A stretch of 63,310 nt of DNA, counting the filler, from Octopus bimaculoides (taxonomy: Eukaryota), in NCBI RefSeq assembly GCF_001194135.2. It is 6 parts of 6 records of this genome, joined end to end, with 100 filler letters (N's around TTAATTAATTAA, not from the genome) between each part and the next. Parts side by side here need not be neighbours in the genome. Positions count along the whole stretch, not along the records: positions 59,992 to 61,670 come from NC_068981.1; positions 61,771 to 63,310 come from NW_026336907.1; 4 more parts are not named here. The stretch is one strand, 5' to 3'. A program made the position numbers and the translations under genes. Under the pieces are notes generated by a model. The model ran no database searches. It worked only from the letters and a program-made list of their open reading frames with translations, and was not told the origin of the DNA. This document shows positions 60,851 to 63,310 of the stretch, in pieces. The stretch's first letter is position 1, and each line of letters begins with the position of its first letter.

Positions 60851-62023
60851 GTCATTTTCCTGTATTTGAAACTAGATTGTAAATACAGGCTTCGCTATAA
60901 TAGACAGCAAAGTCTAATGTGAATGACATTTAGTTGCTATTTCTAGTTAACTGAGCGACACTGCTTAGAAATACTTCCTCCGTTACATAGACTCTCTTCT
61001 CATTATATATACTGCCAACTGCTGTTACCAGTTGATAGAAATGCTTCCTAGTGACTGATATCCCTTCGCTTTGTGTGTACTGTCGACTGTAAATGTATCG
61101 AGTTAGATAAGCAAACACACAGACACGATGAATCTGTAGCAGATGACAGGTAGGAGGAGAAAATGTGGGAGGCGTGGCATAGAGTGTGTGTAGTGTGTAT
61201 GTGTAGGAGAATGTGTGTGTGTGTGTGTGTGTGTGTGATAGAGAGAGTGGGCGAGTAAGAGCTGCAGGAAGAGGAGAATAGAAACGAGAAAGACGAGGGA
61301 GAAGAATACGCAGTTAAGGTAAGGCATCAGAAAGCAGGTCGTGATAAGGAGGTGAAGGAAGACGGTGTGAAAGAAGAGAAGAGAAGATGCAGGAGGAGGT
61401 GAAAGAGGAGAAAGCTGCATAGAGATGGTAGATGGGGAGGAAACCAGGATGAGGCGGAGTTATTAAAATTAGGCTCGAAGGAAAATGGTTGGAGGCTGGT
61501 GAAGGCAGGACATGGTAAAATAATAGAAGACTGAACAGATGGAGAGAGAGGGGGGGAAGGGTGTAGGGAAGGGGTGAAGCCAGGAGACAAGGAGATGTAG
61601 GAGGAGGAGGAGGAGGAGGAATATGAACAGCTTGTAAGATGGTTGAAGAAAGAATCGAAGGCGGAGCCAANNNNNNNNNNNNNNNNNNNNNNNNNNNNNN
61701 NNNNNNNNNNNNNNTTAATTAATTAANNNNNNNNNNNNNNNNNNNNNNNNNNNNNNNNNNNNNNNNNNNNATATATATATATATATATATATAAGACCCA
61801 AGGATCAAGGAGTAGAAAGTTAGTGAACTTCAAGCAATCCATAGATGTGAAAAACAACTTTCAGACACAATAGTGATTTATTGGAGGAGAAGATTATGAT
61901 TTTTTCCAGAATCGAAGTCCGATAAGCTGTAAAAGTTAATTTCATACTTCACAGTTAACAACAGGAGTTATTGCATAAGCGGATAAAGATTCAAAAGTTA
62001 GGGAATGGAGTAGATAAAATCCA

Positions 62024-62108
62024 GGCTGAATATGTTTCAAAGCTAACGGAACATCAAAAGTAGTAGATTACCCAAATGAGGGGTAGAACGCAAGTTACTC
62101 TTCAGACC
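62024..62108 (-). ncRNA. Degenerate hammerhead motif (left arm of the 61991-62302 fold-back)
   Basis: GGT-CTGAAAGA-GTAAC...GCTTT-GAAA-CATATT-C-A-GCC; its defects differ from those of the right arm. Confidence 0.5.
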
Positions 62109-62184
62109 AAAGATTCGATAGAATCAACGAGTTAACATGGATCTCTTAACGACAATGTAAACTTCATATAACCAAGGTGTTCTT

Positions 62185-62269
62185 GGCCTGAAGAGTAGCT
62201 TTCGGTCTACCCATCGTTTAGGTCATCTACTACCTCTGAAGTTTGACTAGCTATGAACCATATGTAGCT
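62185..62269 (+). ncRNA. Degenerate hammerhead motif with extended stem II (right arm of the 61991-62302 fold-back)
   Basis: GGC-CTGAAGA-GTAGC...GCTAT-GAAC-CATATG-T-A-GCT; GAAA is mutated to GAAC. Confidence 0.55.
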
Positions 62270-62301
62270 TGGATTTTATCTACTCCATTCACTAATTTTT
62301 G

Positions 62302-62338
<37 letters not shown>

Positions 62339-62765
62339 CAAAGGAATTCCATCTCTGTCTGTTTTTTATGCTTTATTTATATTCTTATAATATTAATGTA
62401 GGATATAGAATATATAGTATATATAGTGAATATAGTAAAATGGAATGAAGTATTGATTGTCTTATTGAATAAATGAAATATTGAATATCAAATATTAAAG
62501 GACTTGTATACTTTCTGGCATTTAAGCAATCTTCAAGGTCCCAGGTTGTGACAGGAATGTTTCAACTGTAGTAGACTGGCTGTCTTTTGTCTTTTATATA
62601 CATTCCTGTGGACAGCAGTAGTAGTTGTTTGGCTATTTTTAGAGATGATGCCAAACCATTTTTCAATGTTTATTTTTAGAAATGATGACAGCAGTACTTC
62701 TTAGAGATTTTTTGTGTTTTTGTTATAGGGATAATATTTTTAAACCCCAAATAAGTTTAATTTAA

Positions 62766-63250
62766 TCATTGTTTGTTAAGCTTGGGTTTGAATTTCTTAA
62801 TAAAGTCCTTTTCTCTCAGTTTTCACTCAATTTCATTCTGGTTGTAAAGTTTATGAGATGGAAATACTATAAAAGTTTTTCGACCACATGTTGCCAGATG
62901 GTTACTCAGTGCTAATTGGCGGACTTCTGGATTTTTAATTTGTTGTTGATGCACACGCGAGCGTTCTGATTGTGCATTACCTGTCTGGCAAACACAGTTC
63001 TTCACAATTTGGGCATTTGATGCAGTAGATTAAATTTCTGCTTTTGCAGTTCATGTTCACGTTTGTGAATATTTTCCCTGTTTTTGTGTTCACATATGGG
63101 CCGCTATGAATTAATTGGCATGTGCCGCATCGGATATCATTGCATTTAGACAAAGTGAATGGTTGGTCTTTATTGCTAAGGTCAAAAAGTTATTAACAAA
63201 GGCAAGGTTTGACCTTAGCATCATCTCTAAAAATAACCAAACAACTATTA
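62766..63250 (-). mobile_element. Penelope-like retroelement GIY-YIG endonuclease fragment (second family), degenerate
   Basis: Minus translation CNDIRCGTCQLI...MNCKSRNLIYCIKCPNCEE/(frameshift)QTGNAQSERSRVHQQQI...LSNHLATC...FIKKFKPKLNK*. Confidence 0.8.
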
Positions 63251-63310
63251 CTTTAATATATGATATTCAATATTTCATTTATTCAATAAGACAATCAATA
63301 CTTCATTTCA

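Noticed and set aside
534-61670. Short low-complexity ORFs (YIYI, CVCV, HTHT, poly-L/I/N)
   Set aside because: They are translations of (TA)n, (CA)n, (AAT)n and purine-rich tracts.
20702-61726. Five identical TTAATTAATTAA motifs
   Set aside because: Assembly linker inside gaps.
62525-62570. Possible type II hammerhead on the minus strand (GAAACATTCCTGTC...TTGAAGA)
   Set aside because: Stems I and II do not pair, and the core has C3->U.

Overview
Eukaryotic, AT-rich, microsatellite-dense draft-assembly window with many N gaps. The SINE families, (TA)n/(CA)n density and TTAATTAATTAA-containing gaps suggest an octopus (coleoid) genome; this is inference from recall, not checked. Only one host coding exon is supported: a minus-strand first coding exon (16417-15552) of an unidentified type II membrane/secretory protein with a Gly/Asn-rich stem, whose apparent stop codon lies inside a GTAAGT splice donor. 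The rest is intron-like or intergenic DNA filled with decayed transposons (Penelope-like, RTE, CR1/L2, R4/Dong-like, Tc1, mariner, FLYWCH-MULE, a Gypsy LTR-PBS-gag stub), several tRNA-derived SINE families and MITEs. The most notable unexplained structure is a set of hammerhead-ribozyme motifs from several unrelated sequence families. Three ORF-less fold-back units (19326-20156, 39501-39841, 61991-62302) have inverted arms that each carry an outward-pointing hammerhead or hammerhead-like motif. There is also a 336-bp unit with terminal direct repeats (6374-6709) and a core-intact hammerhead with a 90-nt stem II insert (59652-59766). All structures were assigned by eye; no folding, alignment or database search was run.
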